A DNA stretch of 64,000 nt, taken from contig CAYQBN010000007.1 of NCBI GenBank assembly GCA_964415795.1, positions 14,546-78,545 on the forward strand, written 5' to 3'. The notes beneath the pieces were generated by a model. The model did no database searches. It had not been told where the DNA came from and saw nothing but the letters and a program-made list of their open reading frames with translations. The stretch's first letter is position 1. Every line of letters starts with the position of its first letter. Source of the stretch: an uncultured Spirochaetales bacterium (GTDB lineage: Bacteria > UBP6 > UBA1177 > JAKLFG01). Positions 1-9,297 of this stretch are shown one piece after another. A program made the position numbers and the translations under genes.

Positions 1-1
1 C

Positions 2-607
2 ATCTACGAGAAAAAGATAGCCGATTACTTTGTTGCTCAGCGGACACCTTCCACCGCCGATCGTGAGCTTATCGATTTCATCATCCGTCGTGTTTACGGA
101 GGGGAACCTTCACCGCAGACACACGAGAAACTAGCGGGATGGGTACTGAACGCCTTTGCGGTGATCCCGCCCAAGAACGGCGCCGCGTCGTCAGTCGCTC
201 CCACGCCCGCATCGGCGGTCGCTCCTGCCGAGGAACCTCTCGAAGAACTCGAGATCGTGCGCCCGGTAAAGAAGGGTCCCGCCGCAACGGAAAAAGCCGC
301 CTCTTTTTCGCCAGAAGCACGCATTACCGTCATCTCAGGAGAAGATCAGGGGAAATCAGCGACAGTCAAAACGACGGAATTCGTCGTTGGGCGCAATCTC
401 GACCTGAATCTCGTGCTGGCCGATCCGTCCGTCTCTCGCCGCCACTTCCGGATACTCTTCGAAAATGGATCCTTTTGGGTCGAAGACCTCGGAAGCGGTA
501 ACAAGATAAAGGTGAACGGCGTCAAGACGACCCAGCGAAGACAACTTACCCACAACGATGTTATTCAGGCAGGGAATACGACTCTGCGCTTCGAGATAAT
601 CTCTTAA
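2..607 (+). CDS. FHA domain-containing protein (5' partial; the ORF runs off the window start)
   Basis: The frame is open from nt 2 (IYEKKIADYF...) with no upstream stop. The C-terminal 100 aa read as an FHA domain (VVGRNLDLNLVLADPSVSRRHFRILFENGSFWVEDLGSGNKIKVNG). Confidence 0.6.
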   Translation: MYEKKIADYFVAQRTPSTADRELIDFIIRRVYGGEPSPQTHEKLAGWVLNAFAVIPPKNGAASSVAPTPASAVAPAEEPLEELEIVRPVKKGPAATEKAASFSPEARITVISGEDQGKSATVKTTEFVVGRNLDLNLVLADPSVSRRHFRILFENGSFWVEDLGSGNKIKVNGVKTTQRRQLTHNDVIQAGNTTLRFEIIS

Positions 608-659
608 AACACACCGAAATCGCTGAAAAGAAAAAACGAAAGATACCTACCTACTACGA

Positions 660-839
660 CTACACCGTCCGATCAGGCGGCGGCGGCGGCGGCGGCGGAT
701 TGGGAGAATCGGGAGGACTCGGAGGCGGATCGGGACTGAGCCCGTAAGCCAGAGCCCCTTCGTAGCCGGGCACCTGAGATCCCGGCATACCTAACCACAC
801 AGCCGCGAAGAGCACCGTGACGAAAACAAAAACCTTCAT
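660..839 (-). CDS. hypothetical small secreted proline-rich protein
   Basis: MKVFVFVTVLFAAVW looks like a signal peptide and is followed by a PPPSPPDSPNPPPPPPPP tail encoded by a (GGC)n tract. No recognisable homology, so the call is weak. Confidence 0.25.
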   Translation of the reverse strand: MKVFVFVTVLFAAVWLGMPGSQVPGYEGALAYGLSPDPPPSPPDSPNPPPPPPPPDRTV

Positions 840-985
840 TGGTACGATGCCTGTTCCGTTACTCAGTACAACTTCAGTATAGGACGCAAAAAACGGCAAG
901 TCAATAGCTGGCAGAAAAAAGTTCCTTTGATTTTTGTTTTCTTTTTTGGTAGCGTCTTTTCGCAGGAACGGCACGGAAAAGGTTC

Positions 986-3589
986 ATGACGGAACAGGCA
1001 CTTCAGAAAGCGCTCGACACGCCGGTTATGGAGCAGTATCGTGCCTGCAAAGAGCAATATCCTGACGCCATTCTCCTTTTTCGTCTCGGCGACTTCTATG
1101 AAATGTTCTTCGACGACGCGGTGACGGCCGCGGAGATCCTCGGCCTTACCCTCACCTCACGCCACAAGGAGGCTGGCATCCCGATGGCCGGTGTCCCTTA
1201 CCATAGTGTCGATGGGTATATCCGCAAACTGCTCGACGCCGGTAAGAAAGTCGCTCTCTGCGAACAGATGGAGAAAGCCGACAAAAAAAAGAAAATGATA
1301 GCACGCGAGGTGGTCCGCATTTTCACGCCGGGAACCATCGTCGAAGAGGAAGCGCTCGACGAGTCGCGCCCCAACTACCTTCTCGCCGTTGCCGTCCGGA
1401 ACGACACGGTGGCTCTTACTTGGTGCGATGTCTCGTGCGGCGATTTATTCTACGCCATCGTTGAACGATCGCGTCTCTCCGATACCGTTCGCTCGATCGC
1501 GCCCGCCGAGGTCATAGCCTCTTCAGAGATCCCCGAATTCAGCGCTCATCTCGTTGCGCCGGAAGAGTGTCTTCCCCTTTCTGCACCGGCAGCCCTCTAC
1601 CTAGGGCGAATTGTGCCGATAACGGATCAAGACCCTGTTCTTGCCGAAGCAATACACCTCATTGTCGGCTATGTCGACCGTCTCTATTTCGGCAAGTTTC
1701 CGCCGCTCCGCGATCCCCAACCGGGGAGAGATACCCGATATGCCCTACTCGACAGCAACACGGTCATGAACCTCGAGATAGAGCAGACGCTCCTCGGCGG
1801 CGAGCGGGTCGGTTCGCTTCTCTGGGCGATAGACCGGACCACGACGGTGATGGGTAAGCGTCTTCTCCGCACCATCGTCCTATCGCCGCTCCGCGACCAT
1901 GCGGAGATCGTCCGCCGCCTCAATACGGTGGAACGATTCTTCGAGAACTCCTTTCTCCGCCGTACAACCCGCGAAACGCTCCGCGCGGTCAAGGATATCG
2001 AGCGAACACTCGCGCGACTTCTCGTCAAACGAGGCGGTCCCCGGGAGGTCATCTCGCTCTGCTCATCGCTTGAAGCGGTGATCGAACTGCTGAAGATTCT
2101 ACGAGAAAGCGGCGAACGGCTTCCCGTTCTCGAACCGCTCATAGACTTCTGTACCCTTTCCCCCGATGCGATCCGTCAGTGGCACGAAACCTTTATCGAA
2201 GAACCGCCGCTCAACTGGCGCGAGGGAGGATTCGTGCGACCTATCCATTCGGAAGAGACGGCTCGGCTGGATCGACTCGTCCACGACTCGAAAGGGCTCC
2301 TTCTCGAACTCGAAGAGCGGGAACGGAAAGCGAGCGGCATACCGACGCTCAAGCTCGGCTATACGAAGGTGTTCGGTTATTATTTGGAGGTGAGCAAACG
2401 GTTCGCCGACAAGGTGCCTTCGCACTACATCCGCAAGCAGACCACGGTGAACGGCGAACGCTACTTCACCACGGAACTCAAGGAACTCGAAGAGACCATC
2501 CTCACCGCACGCGAGCGCCTCGTCGAGGAAGAGCTTCGCATCCTCGAAGAAACGGTAAATGCAATCGCCCGACACGAAAAGGAGATACAAGCAGCGGCGC
2601 GCTTTGCCGCATGGTGCGACCTTTGCGCCGCTTTTGCGGAGCTCGCCGCCACGAGCGGTTGGGAGCGACCGCTGGTCACCGAGGAGGAAGGCATCGAGAT
2701 AACGGAGGGGCGTCACCCGGTCGTCGAACAGATACTTGGTCCGGGACGCTATGTGCCGGCAAGCCTCTCCATCGGAGGACCCAACGCTCGCATGAGCATC
2801 ATCACCGGTCCCAACATGGGAGGAAAATCGACGCTCATGCGCGCCGTCGCACTCATTACGCTTCTCGCCCAGAGCGGATCGTTCGTCCCGGCAAAACGGG
2901 CACGCATCGGTATAGTGGACGCCATTTTCACGCGGGTCGGCGCCTCCGACAATCTCGCGCGGGGACAGTCCACTTTCCTCGTCGAAATGCAGGAAACGGC
3001 CTTCATCCTCCGTAACGCGACCGCGCGGAGTCTCATCATCCTCGATGAGATCGGCCGTGGAACCGGGACCTACGACGGAATTTCGCTCGCCCGCGCCATC
3101 GCCGAATACCTTGTCCGCCGCATCGGCGCAATCGTTCTGTTCGCTACCCACTACCATATCCTCACCGAACTGGCCGACGAACTGCCGAGCGTGAAGAACT
3201 ATCACATGACGGCGCGCGAGTACCGCGGCGGTATCCAGTTCCTCTATCAACTTGCCGAGGGCGGATCGAACCGCAGTTTCGGCGTGGAGGTGGCACGACT
3301 CGCCGGTCTTCCTCCCGAGGTGGTCAGGGAAGCCGAAAAAACGCTCCGAGAACTCGAACGAGCCGATCGTCAGATCAGACTCGAACGGGGCGGTTCGATG
3401 CAAATGGACCTCTTTTCCCTTAGCGCATCGACCACATCCTCTCACGGCACCCCTGCGTGGGCGGACGAGGTCCGAGAACTGATCATGGCGAAGGATCCCG
3501 ATCATCTGACACCCAAAGAGGCGTTGGATCTTTTTTATACCTTGCGATCAACCATCCATAACGAGGTGACATCATGCCCGTCAAAGTAG
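986..3589 (+). CDS. mutS: DNA mismatch repair protein MutS
   Basis: 867 aa. The N-terminal mismatch-binding region reads GDFYEMFFDDA and the Walker A site reads GPNMGGKSTLMRAVAL, with a typical MutS domain order. The 3' end overlaps hisC by 16 nt. Confidence 0.95.
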   Translation: MTEQALQKALDTPVMEQYRACKEQYPDAILLFRLGDFYEMFFDDAVTAAEILGLTLTSRHKEAGIPMAGVPYHSVDGYIRKLLDAGKKVALCEQMEKADKKKKMIAREVVRIFTPGTIVEEEALDESRPNYLLAVAVRNDTVALTWCDVSCGDLFYAIVERSRLSDTVRSIAPAEVIASSEIPEFSAHLVAPEECLPLSAPAALYLGRIVPITDQDPVLAEAIHLIVGYVDRLYFGKFPPLRDPQPGRDTRYALLDSNTVMNLEIEQTLLGGERVGSLLWAIDRTTTVMGKRLLRTIVLSPLRDHAEIVRRLNTVERFFENSFLRRTTRETLRAVKDIERTLARLLVKRGGPREVISLCSSLEAVIELLKILRESGERLPVLEPLIDFCTLSPDAIRQWHETFIEEPPLNWREGGFVRPIHSEETARLDRLVHDSKGLLLELEERERKASGIPTLKLGYTKVFGYYLEVSKRFADKVPSHYIRKQTTVNGERYFTTELKELEETILTARERLVEEELRILEETVNAIARHEKEIQAAARFAAWCDLCAAFAELAATSGWERPLVTEEEGIEITEGRHPVVEQILGPGRYVPASLSIGGPNARMSIITGPNMGGKSTLMRAVALITLLAQSGSFVPAKRARIGIVDAIFTRVGASDNLARGQSTFLVEMQETAFILRNATARSLIILDEIGRGTGTYDGISLARAIAEYLVRRIGAIVLFATHYHILTELADELPSVKNYHMTAREYRGGIQFLYQLAEGGSNRSFGVEVARLAGLPPEVVREAEKTLRELERADRQIRLERGGSMQMDLFSLSASTTSSHGTPAWADEVRELIMAKDPDHLTPKEALDLFYTLRSTIHNEVTSCPSK

Positions 3590-4704
3590 CGCCCTACATC
3601 GAGAGCATTTCCCCCTATCGTCCGGGAAAACCGATCTCTGAGGTCGAGCGAGAGCTTGGTATCTATGACACGGTCAAGTTGGCAAGCAACGAAAATCCTC
3701 TGGGGCCGAGTCCTCGCGTCCTGCAGGCCATCAAAGACGATCTCAAGTACATCCACCTCTATCCCGACGGCAACGCCTTCTACCTCAAGCATGCCATCAT
3801 GAAACATCTTGCCAAATACCGGCTCCATATCGAAGAGATCATGGTCGGCAACGGATCAAACGAGGTGATAGATGTCCTCATACGGACATTCTGTACGCCG
3901 GAGGAGGAACTACTCATCTCCGAAAAGGCATTTCTCATCTACGAGATCATCGCAAAAGCGGCGAACATCCCGGTGAATCTCGTGCCACTTGCCAAGGACT
4001 ATCGTGTCGATATACCCGGGTATATCGAACGGATAAATGAGAAGACCAAGCTCATCTGTCTCGTCAACCCGAACAACCCGACCGGCACCTACTACACCAA
4101 GAAGGAATTTGAAGAACTGCTCGCCAATGTGCCGGAGCGGTGCATCGTCCTTGTGGACGAGGCCTACCACGAGTATGTCGACGCCCCCGATCTTCCAAAC
4201 GCGCTCGACTACCGAAAGGACTTCGAGAACCTCATCGTTTGTCGCACCTTCTCGAAGGCTTATGGACTGAGCGGCCTGCGTCTGGGATACGGCATCGGAA
4301 CCCGCGAGATCGGCAACCTCTATAGAAAAGTGCGTCCACCGTTCAACACCAACGAACTCGCGCAGGTTGCCGGCATCGCCGCACTGGAGGACCAAGAACA
4401 TGTTCAAAAGTGCGTCGAGATGAACCGCATCGGCAAGGAGTACTTCTACGCGGAACTCCGCCGTCTTGAACTCACCTTCCTGCCGACGCAGGGCAACTTC
4501 ATCCTCATCCATGTCGGCGGCGGCGAGACGGGCGGCGTGGACTGCTACAAGGCGCTTCTCCAAGAAGGCATCATCATCCGCCCGGTCACCAACTACGGGT
4601 TCCCCGACTGGGTGCGCATCACAATAGGACTTCCCGAACAGAACGAGCGGTGTATGAGGGCGCTCGAAGCCTATCTGCGCCGCGAAGGACGCATCACCAT
4701 CTAG
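3574..4704 (+). CDS. hisC: histidinol-phosphate aminotransferase
   Basis: 376 aa. LASNENPLGPSP and the PLP-lysine region FSKAYGLSGLRLGY match the class-II aminotransferase fold of HisC. Confidence 0.9.
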   Translation: MPVKVAPYIESISPYRPGKPISEVERELGIYDTVKLASNENPLGPSPRVLQAIKDDLKYIHLYPDGNAFYLKHAIMKHLAKYRLHIEEIMVGNGSNEVIDVLIRTFCTPEEELLISEKAFLIYEIIAKAANIPVNLVPLAKDYRVDIPGYIERINEKTKLICLVNPNNPTGTYYTKKEFEELLANVPERCIVLVDEAYHEYVDAPDLPNALDYRKDFENLIVCRTFSKAYGLSGLRLGYGIGTREIGNLYRKVRPPFNTNELAQVAGIAALEDQEHVQKCVEMNRIGKEYFYAELRRLELTFLPTQGNFILIHVGGGETGGVDCYKALLQEGIIIRPVTNYGFPDWVRITIGLPEQNERCMRALEAYLRREGRITI

Positions 4705-4705
4705 G

Positions 4706-5164
4706 TCACTTCCCGCCGGACGGCGACGAATCTTTTTCCGGTTTCTTCTCGAGCAGGTTCTTGAGCACGACGATAAACTTCAGGCGCAGTTCCGCTTCTT
4801 CTTTCGAAAGGTCGAGCGCCTTCATGTTCTCGACGATGAAGGTGGCACGATCGAGCGCCTTCAGGCGCTCCTCGTCGGTCGGCACATAACCCTGCTCGAT
4901 GCGGTTGCGCAGAACGATGAGCGCGTCGAAGTAGCGTTCGGCAAGGCTTTGGGTAAGAAGTTTGTGATTTTCCTCTAGTGCCTCTTTGTAATCCTCCATC
5001 AGTTTGACCTGCTCCGCCTTGAGCCGCTCGACCTCGGCCGAAGTGCGCCGGAGATAATAGAGCATGATGAGCGAGACAATCGCGACCGCCGCGAAAAGGA
5101 TGGCGAACACGATCGCCGTCCTCCGCGCCGTCATCGTCCCCGAGTTTTGGTTTTTTTCCGTCAT
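4706..5164 (-). CDS. hypothetical membrane-anchored coiled-coil protein
   Basis: One N-terminal TM helix (AIVFAILFAAVAIVSLIMLYY) followed by a charged helical region. It is convergent with hisC. Confidence 0.4.
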   Translation of the reverse strand: MTEKNQNSGTMTARRTAIVFAILFAAVAIVSLIMLYYLRRTSAEVERLKAEQVKLMEDYKEALEENHKLLTQSLAERYFDALIVLRNRIEQGYVPTDEERLKALDRATFIVENMKALDLSKEEAELRLKFIVVLKNLLEKKPEKDSSPSGGK

Positions 5165-5174
5165 AGGTCACCTA

Positions 5175-7748
5175 TCAAAATACCAGTGAGCACCCGCACC
5201 CATCATCCTTTTTCTTTGCCTCATCGTCGGGCACCACGATGTCGTCGGCCAGTTCGTCATCGTCTTCTCCAGCGATATCGTCGCTGGAAAGCACATCGTC
5301 ATCCACCACGAGGACATCCTCGTCGCCGCCGCCGGTGCCTTTTACGATACAGGTCCCGTTGTCGCATTCGGCGTTTTCGTCGAAGCAATCTTCATCGGTC
5401 GAACAGGGCATGAAGCATACATCGCTCTTGCCGTTCAGGTTCTTGTGACATTTGAGTTGCATACCGCCCATATTGCGGCAGTCGCTGTCCTCCTTACACG
5501 GCGGAACGCACATGTCCGTCTCACCCATCTGCGGGATGTTGACATGCACGCATTTGGACCCCTGATCGCCGCAGTAGTCGTCTATGCCGTTCGCGCATTG
5601 AACGAAGCAGAACCCACCCGGCACCATCGTGACGCAGTAGCCGTTATAGAGGCAATCCTCGTTGGTCTCGCATTCGCCGCCCGGTTCGGAGGGATTTCGG
5701 CGGCAGTGCCCCTCGTCGTCGCAGTAAGCACCTTCGGTGCAATCGTCGTTGGTCTTGCAGGAGGCGGTGCAGAAGCCGAGGTTCTCCTCGGTGCAGTAGT
5801 AGCCTTCCCGGGCGCATTTGTACTCGTTGTTGCAGTCCTTGAGACAGTAGGTTCCCATGTCGCCCGGCGTCCGGGTGCCATCAGGACAGTCGGTCTTCTG
5901 GGGAAGAATGGCGCAGTAGCCGCCGGCGAACTTGGTGGCGCCGTGCGCGTCGAGGCACTGCACCTCGTTCTCGGCGAAATCGGCGGTCACACAGTCGGCC
6001 GCCGCGGTGCAGGGCATGCCCACCTTCGAAAGGTCCGGCGCGAATCCTTCGTCCACCCAACCGTCGCAGTCGTCATCGAGCCAGTTCTCCGTCTCTTCGG
6101 CCACCGCATTCGGGTCACACATCTCAAGGCCCATCGCAAGGCGCACTGCCTTCAACAGATTGGCGCGGCCATAGCCGAACTTGGGACTATGCGCATCGCC
6201 CGCCGGCTCGTCCGTCGTCTTGCTCCAGAAGCCGGTTTCGGGATGTATCTTATCGGAAGCGACCTTGATGATCTCATACGCTTCCTCGAGGGTAAGGTCC
6301 GGGTTGACCGAGAAGATCACGCCCATGACGCCGGTCGCGAACGGCGCCGCCGCCGAGGTCCCCGAGAATTGATTGGAGTAGTCATTATCGAGGTCGCCGT
6401 AACCTTGGATGTAGGTCGTCGCGATGCCCAGCAGCGGCGACTGGGTGAGCGTCGGCGTCACCATGTCTATCTCTTGCCCGTAGTTCGAGTAGGAGACGCG
6501 GTTGTCCCATGCGCTCGTACCACCGATCGAGAAGACCTGATCGACCACATCGACGCCATCGCGCTGGAATTTGAATTCGTAACGGTGGAGCACCATGTAG
6601 TTGGTATCCACGCCGTCGTTGCCCGACGCGTAGAGGATCGCGCCCCCCTTGCCGCCACGGCCATTCTGGAAGAAGTTGAGGTGCGATTCCTCCTCGCCCG
6701 GCATGAGCGGAACCTCGCCCATCCCCGCCATCGGACCGAAGGAGCAGTTGACCGCGACGATCTTCTCGTCGGCGACATACTTCTCGTAGGACTCGATGTA
6801 TCCCTGCTCGGAACTTACCGAACCGACGCCGCCTTCCATGAACTGCACCGGGTAGATGCCGCACCACGGACACACACCGGTGACGCCGATCTCGTTGCCC
6901 TCGGCCGCCGCGACGCCGGCGCAGTTGGTGCCGTGCGAGTAGCCGGCCGTCCCGTAGGGATCGTTCGGGTCTATCGTGCCGTAATCGCCGCCCGGCTCAT
7001 GGTTGACCGCATCCCATCCCTCGTCGAGTTTGTTCTTGAGGTCGGGGTGCGTAAGGTCAACGCCGGAATCCATGATCGCGACCTTGGTCGCACCGTCGAA
7101 GCCGATCAGTTCGTTCGCTCCCAGTTTGTCGACGATGAACTGCATCGCCGTCTCGAAGCGGATATCGGCGTTCTCCTTGGTCGGCAGGGTCGGGTTCGAT
7201 ATGCCGATCGCGGTGCCGGTGTTCTTGAGCGCCCACTGGTAGCCCTCTTTGTAGTACTTGTCGGGGATCGGCATGACCGGTTCGGCACGAAACCGCTGTT
7301 CGCGGACCATGTCAGGGAACGCGAAGCCATCGCCCGCCTCGACGATCCGCTGGGCGATCTCGACGGCATCCCCTTTTACCGTAAAGCGATAGAGGTTAGT
7401 CGAGGGATAAATTTCCTGAAGAGTAAGCCCGTACTTTTTGGCAAGCACGGCAACCGGCAGGTTCCCCCGCCAGAATATCTGGCTGTTCGCCACATAGGGA
7501 CGAACCCCGAAATGATAGACCGGAAGCGGACCGTTCAGCTTCTCACCGATGGCAAGGTGCCTTCCCTCGGCACGCCATACCGCCTTTACCTCGCGGAGAA
7601 GCGGCAGTTCGCTGCGCACGACGAAGCGCGCCGTAAGCGTCGGCGATTTCTTGAACTCGATGAACGAGCCGTCGCGGCGATAGACCTTTGCCGCCGAGAG
7701 CGACGATGCCGCGAGCACCATCACCAAGAAAGAGACGAGAATCCGCAT
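5175..7748 (-). CDS. secreted subtilisin-like serine protease (peptidase S8) with a C-terminal cysteine-rich repeat region and an acidic tail
   Basis: Signal peptide MRILVSFLVMVLAASSLSAA. The S8 triad motifs are all present: DSGVDLTHPD (Asp), HGTNCAGVAAA (His) and GTSAAAPFATGV (Ser). The C-terminal 300 aa carry repeated C-x-DC...YC modules, then a poly-D/E stretch, and the protein ends GCGCSLVF. Confidence 0.85.
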   Translation of the reverse strand: MRILVSFLVMVLAASSLSAAKVYRRDGSFIEFKKSPTLTARFVVRSELPLLREVKAVWRAEGRHLAIGEKLNGPLPVYHFGVRPYVANSQIFWRGNLPVAVLAKKYGLTLQEIYPSTNLYRFTVKGDAVEIAQRIVEAGDGFAFPDMVREQRFRAEPVMPIPDKYYKEGYQWALKNTGTAIGISNPTLPTKENADIRFETAMQFIVDKLGANELIGFDGATKVAIMDSGVDLTHPDLKNKLDEGWDAVNHEPGGDYGTIDPNDPYGTAGYSHGTNCAGVAAAEGNEIGVTGVCPWCGIYPVQFMEGGVGSVSSEQGYIESYEKYVADEKIVAVNCSFGPMAGMGEVPLMPGEEESHLNFFQNGRGGKGGAILYASGNDGVDTNYMVLHRYEFKFQRDGVDVVDQVFSIGGTSAWDNRVSYSNYGQEIDMVTPTLTQSPLLGIATTYIQGYGDLDNDYSNQFSGTSAAAPFATGVMGVIFSVNPDLTLEEAYEIIKVASDKIHPETGFWSKTTDEPAGDAHSPKFGYGRANLLKAVRLAMGLEMCDPNAVAEETENWLDDDCDGWVDEGFAPDLSKVGMPCTAAADCVTADFAENEVQCLDAHGATKFAGGYCAILPQKTDCPDGTRTPGDMGTYCLKDCNNEYKCAREGYYCTEENLGFCTASCKTNDDCTEGAYCDDEGHCRRNPSEPGGECETNEDCLYNGYCVTMVPGGFCFVQCANGIDDYCGDQGSKCVHVNIPQMGETDMCVPPCKEDSDCRNMGGMQLKCHKNLNGKSDVCFMPCSTDEDCFDENAECDNGTCIVKGTGGGDEDVLVVDDDVLSSDDIAGEDDDELADDIVVPDDEAKKKDDGCGCSLVF

Positions 7749-7885
7749 GACAACCTCCTCAATCTCACCATGTTTCCATTGTTCTGTCCGCCTCTCGTGA
7801 GAACGAGCCTAGTAGTGCTCGTTGCCGATGTCAAGGAGTTTTTTGAGCCATTGATCGGGTTGCCTTTCCCCCGCCGATCGGTATA

Positions 7886-8641
7886 GTGCCCTCAGGTACG
7901 GAGGAAACGATGCCGTTTACCGAACGGACAGCCATCATTTACGGGAAAGAGGCGCTCGATCGGCTCGCGCGGAGCACCGTCGCGGTCTTCGGCCTCGGTG
8001 GGGTTGGCGCAGCGGCGGCGGTCGACCTCATTCGCTGTGGTGTCGGGAGGCTCATCGTCACCGATTTCGATGTCGTGCAAGAGAGCAACCTCAATCGGCT
8101 CGTCTTGGGGTTCACCGACACCGTCGGAAAAGAGAAGATAACCGTCCTCCGCGAGACGGCCGCAAGGATAAACCCGCAGGCAGTTATCGAAGGAAGCGTG
8201 ACTTTTCTTCACGGCGACGACGCCCACCTTCATGTCCCCGCGGCCGATTGTTACCTCGATGCGATAGATGCGCTCAATCCGAAGGTGAACCTCATCATCG
8301 CACTCATCGCCACCAACAAGCCCTTCATCTCCGCCTTCGGCACGGCAGGCCGACGCGACCCCACGCGCCTTGCCGTCGCCGATGTGTGGAAGACGCGCGG
8401 CTGTCCCCTCGCCTATTTCGTCCGCAAGCGGCTTCGCAAGCGCGGCATCACGGCGCACTTTCCCGCCATCTTTTCGAACGAACCTCCTGTTGGACCGGTG
8501 GAAAACGCCGACGCCACCGACGACGGACGCGGCCGTATCCGCAAACTGCAAGGCTCGGCCCCCTTCGTGCCACAGACGGCGGGACACATCGCCGCGTGGT
8601 GGATCGTCGAGCAACTCGTGAAAAAAGGGGCCGGCGTATGA
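7886..8641 (+). CDS. tcdA: tRNA threonylcarbamoyladenosine dehydratase (ThiF/MoeB E1-like, TcdA/CsdL)
   Basis: The Rossmann motif VAVFGLGGVGAAAAVDLIRCGVGRLIVTDFDVVQESNLNRL and the overall layout match TcdA. The start could alternatively be the M at 7910. Confidence 0.75.
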   Translation: MPSGTEETMPFTERTAIIYGKEALDRLARSTVAVFGLGGVGAAAAVDLIRCGVGRLIVTDFDVVQESNLNRLVLGFTDTVGKEKITVLRETAARINPQAVIEGSVTFLHGDDAHLHVPAADCYLDAIDALNPKVNLIIALIATNKPFISAFGTAGRRDPTRLAVADVWKTRGCPLAYFVRKRLRKRGITAHFPAIFSNEPPVGPVENADATDDGRGRIRKLQGSAPFVPQTAGHIAAWWIVEQLVKKGAGV

Positions 8642-9291
8642 GCCCCATTCGCGGCGTCATCTTCGACATGGACGGAACACTCCTCGACACGATGGAGCGC
8701 ATCGCACTCGTGATGAACACGGTGCTCGAGCGGCACCGTTTGCCAGCCCACGAGATGGTGAGATACCGCCGCTTCGTCGGCGACGGCATCCGCGTTCTCG
8801 TCACTAAGGCGCTTCCCGAAACGCACCGTGACGAGGAAACGATCCGGCGCTTCATCGCCGAGGTGAAAGAGATCTACGACGGCGAACGGCTCAAAGGCAC
8901 CCCGGCCTACCCCGGCATCCCCGGACTGCTCGCTGAACTCGACCGGCGCGGCATCCGCAAAGCGATACTCAGCAACAAGGAAGAGAAGTTCACGATCGCC
9001 CATGCCGAAATAGACCTCCCGCAGTTCACCTTCGACCCGATCATCGGAGCACGCCCCGATCTTCCTCTGAAGCCAGCGCCCGACGGTGCGCTCCTCATCG
9101 CGCGGCAGTGGGGACTCTCCCCCACCGAGATACTGCTTGTCGGCGACATGCCGGCCGATGTGCTCACCGCTCAGGCCGCCGGAATGCCATGCGTCGCCGC
9201 GCTCTGGGGCTTTTCCGATAAAGAGGACCTCGTCGCAGCGGGGGCGACGGTGTTCGCGGAACGACCGGAAGAGATTATCAACTTCTTGTAA
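8638..9291 (+). CDS. HAD-family hydrolase (phosphoglycolate phosphatase-like)
   Basis: HAD motif I (GVIFDMDGTLLDT) sits at the N-terminus and there is a C-terminal DxxxD-type motif (LVGDMPADV). An ATGA overlap with the tcdA stop makes the internal Met at 8638 the likely start rather than the longer six-frame ORF. Confidence 0.75.
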   Translation: MSPIRGVIFDMDGTLLDTMERIALVMNTVLERHRLPAHEMVRYRRFVGDGIRVLVTKALPETHRDEETIRRFIAEVKEIYDGERLKGTPAYPGIPGLLAELDRRGIRKAILSNKEEKFTIAHAEIDLPQFTFDPIIGARPDLPLKPAPDGALLIARQWGLSPTEILLVGDMPADVLTAQAAGMPCVAALWGFSDKEDLVAAGATVFAERPEEIINFL

Positions 9292-9297
9292 AAGATC

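Noticed and set aside
2099-3505. 468-aa minus-strand ORF inside mutS
   Set aside because: It lies entirely antisense to a well-supported MutS gene and has no motifs. Long open antisense frames are expected at about 60% GC.
5175-5220. MYXO-CTERM sorting signal at the protease C-terminus
   Set aside because: The GCGC motif is present but no hydrophobic TM stretch or basic cluster follows, since the protein ends 5 aa later. It is not a canonical MYXO-CTERM. It is kept as an open question in the findings.
5445-7886. 813-aa plus-strand ORF
   Set aside because: It is antisense to the S8 protease gene. It is Arg/Ala/Val-rich, which is typical of GC-rich antisense translation, and has no RBS or domain.
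8248-8637. Upstream extension of the HAD hydrolase ORF to 347 aa
   Set aside because: The extension overlaps tcdA in another frame and is Arg/His-rich junk. HAD motif I directly follows the internal ATG, which overlaps the tcdA stop.
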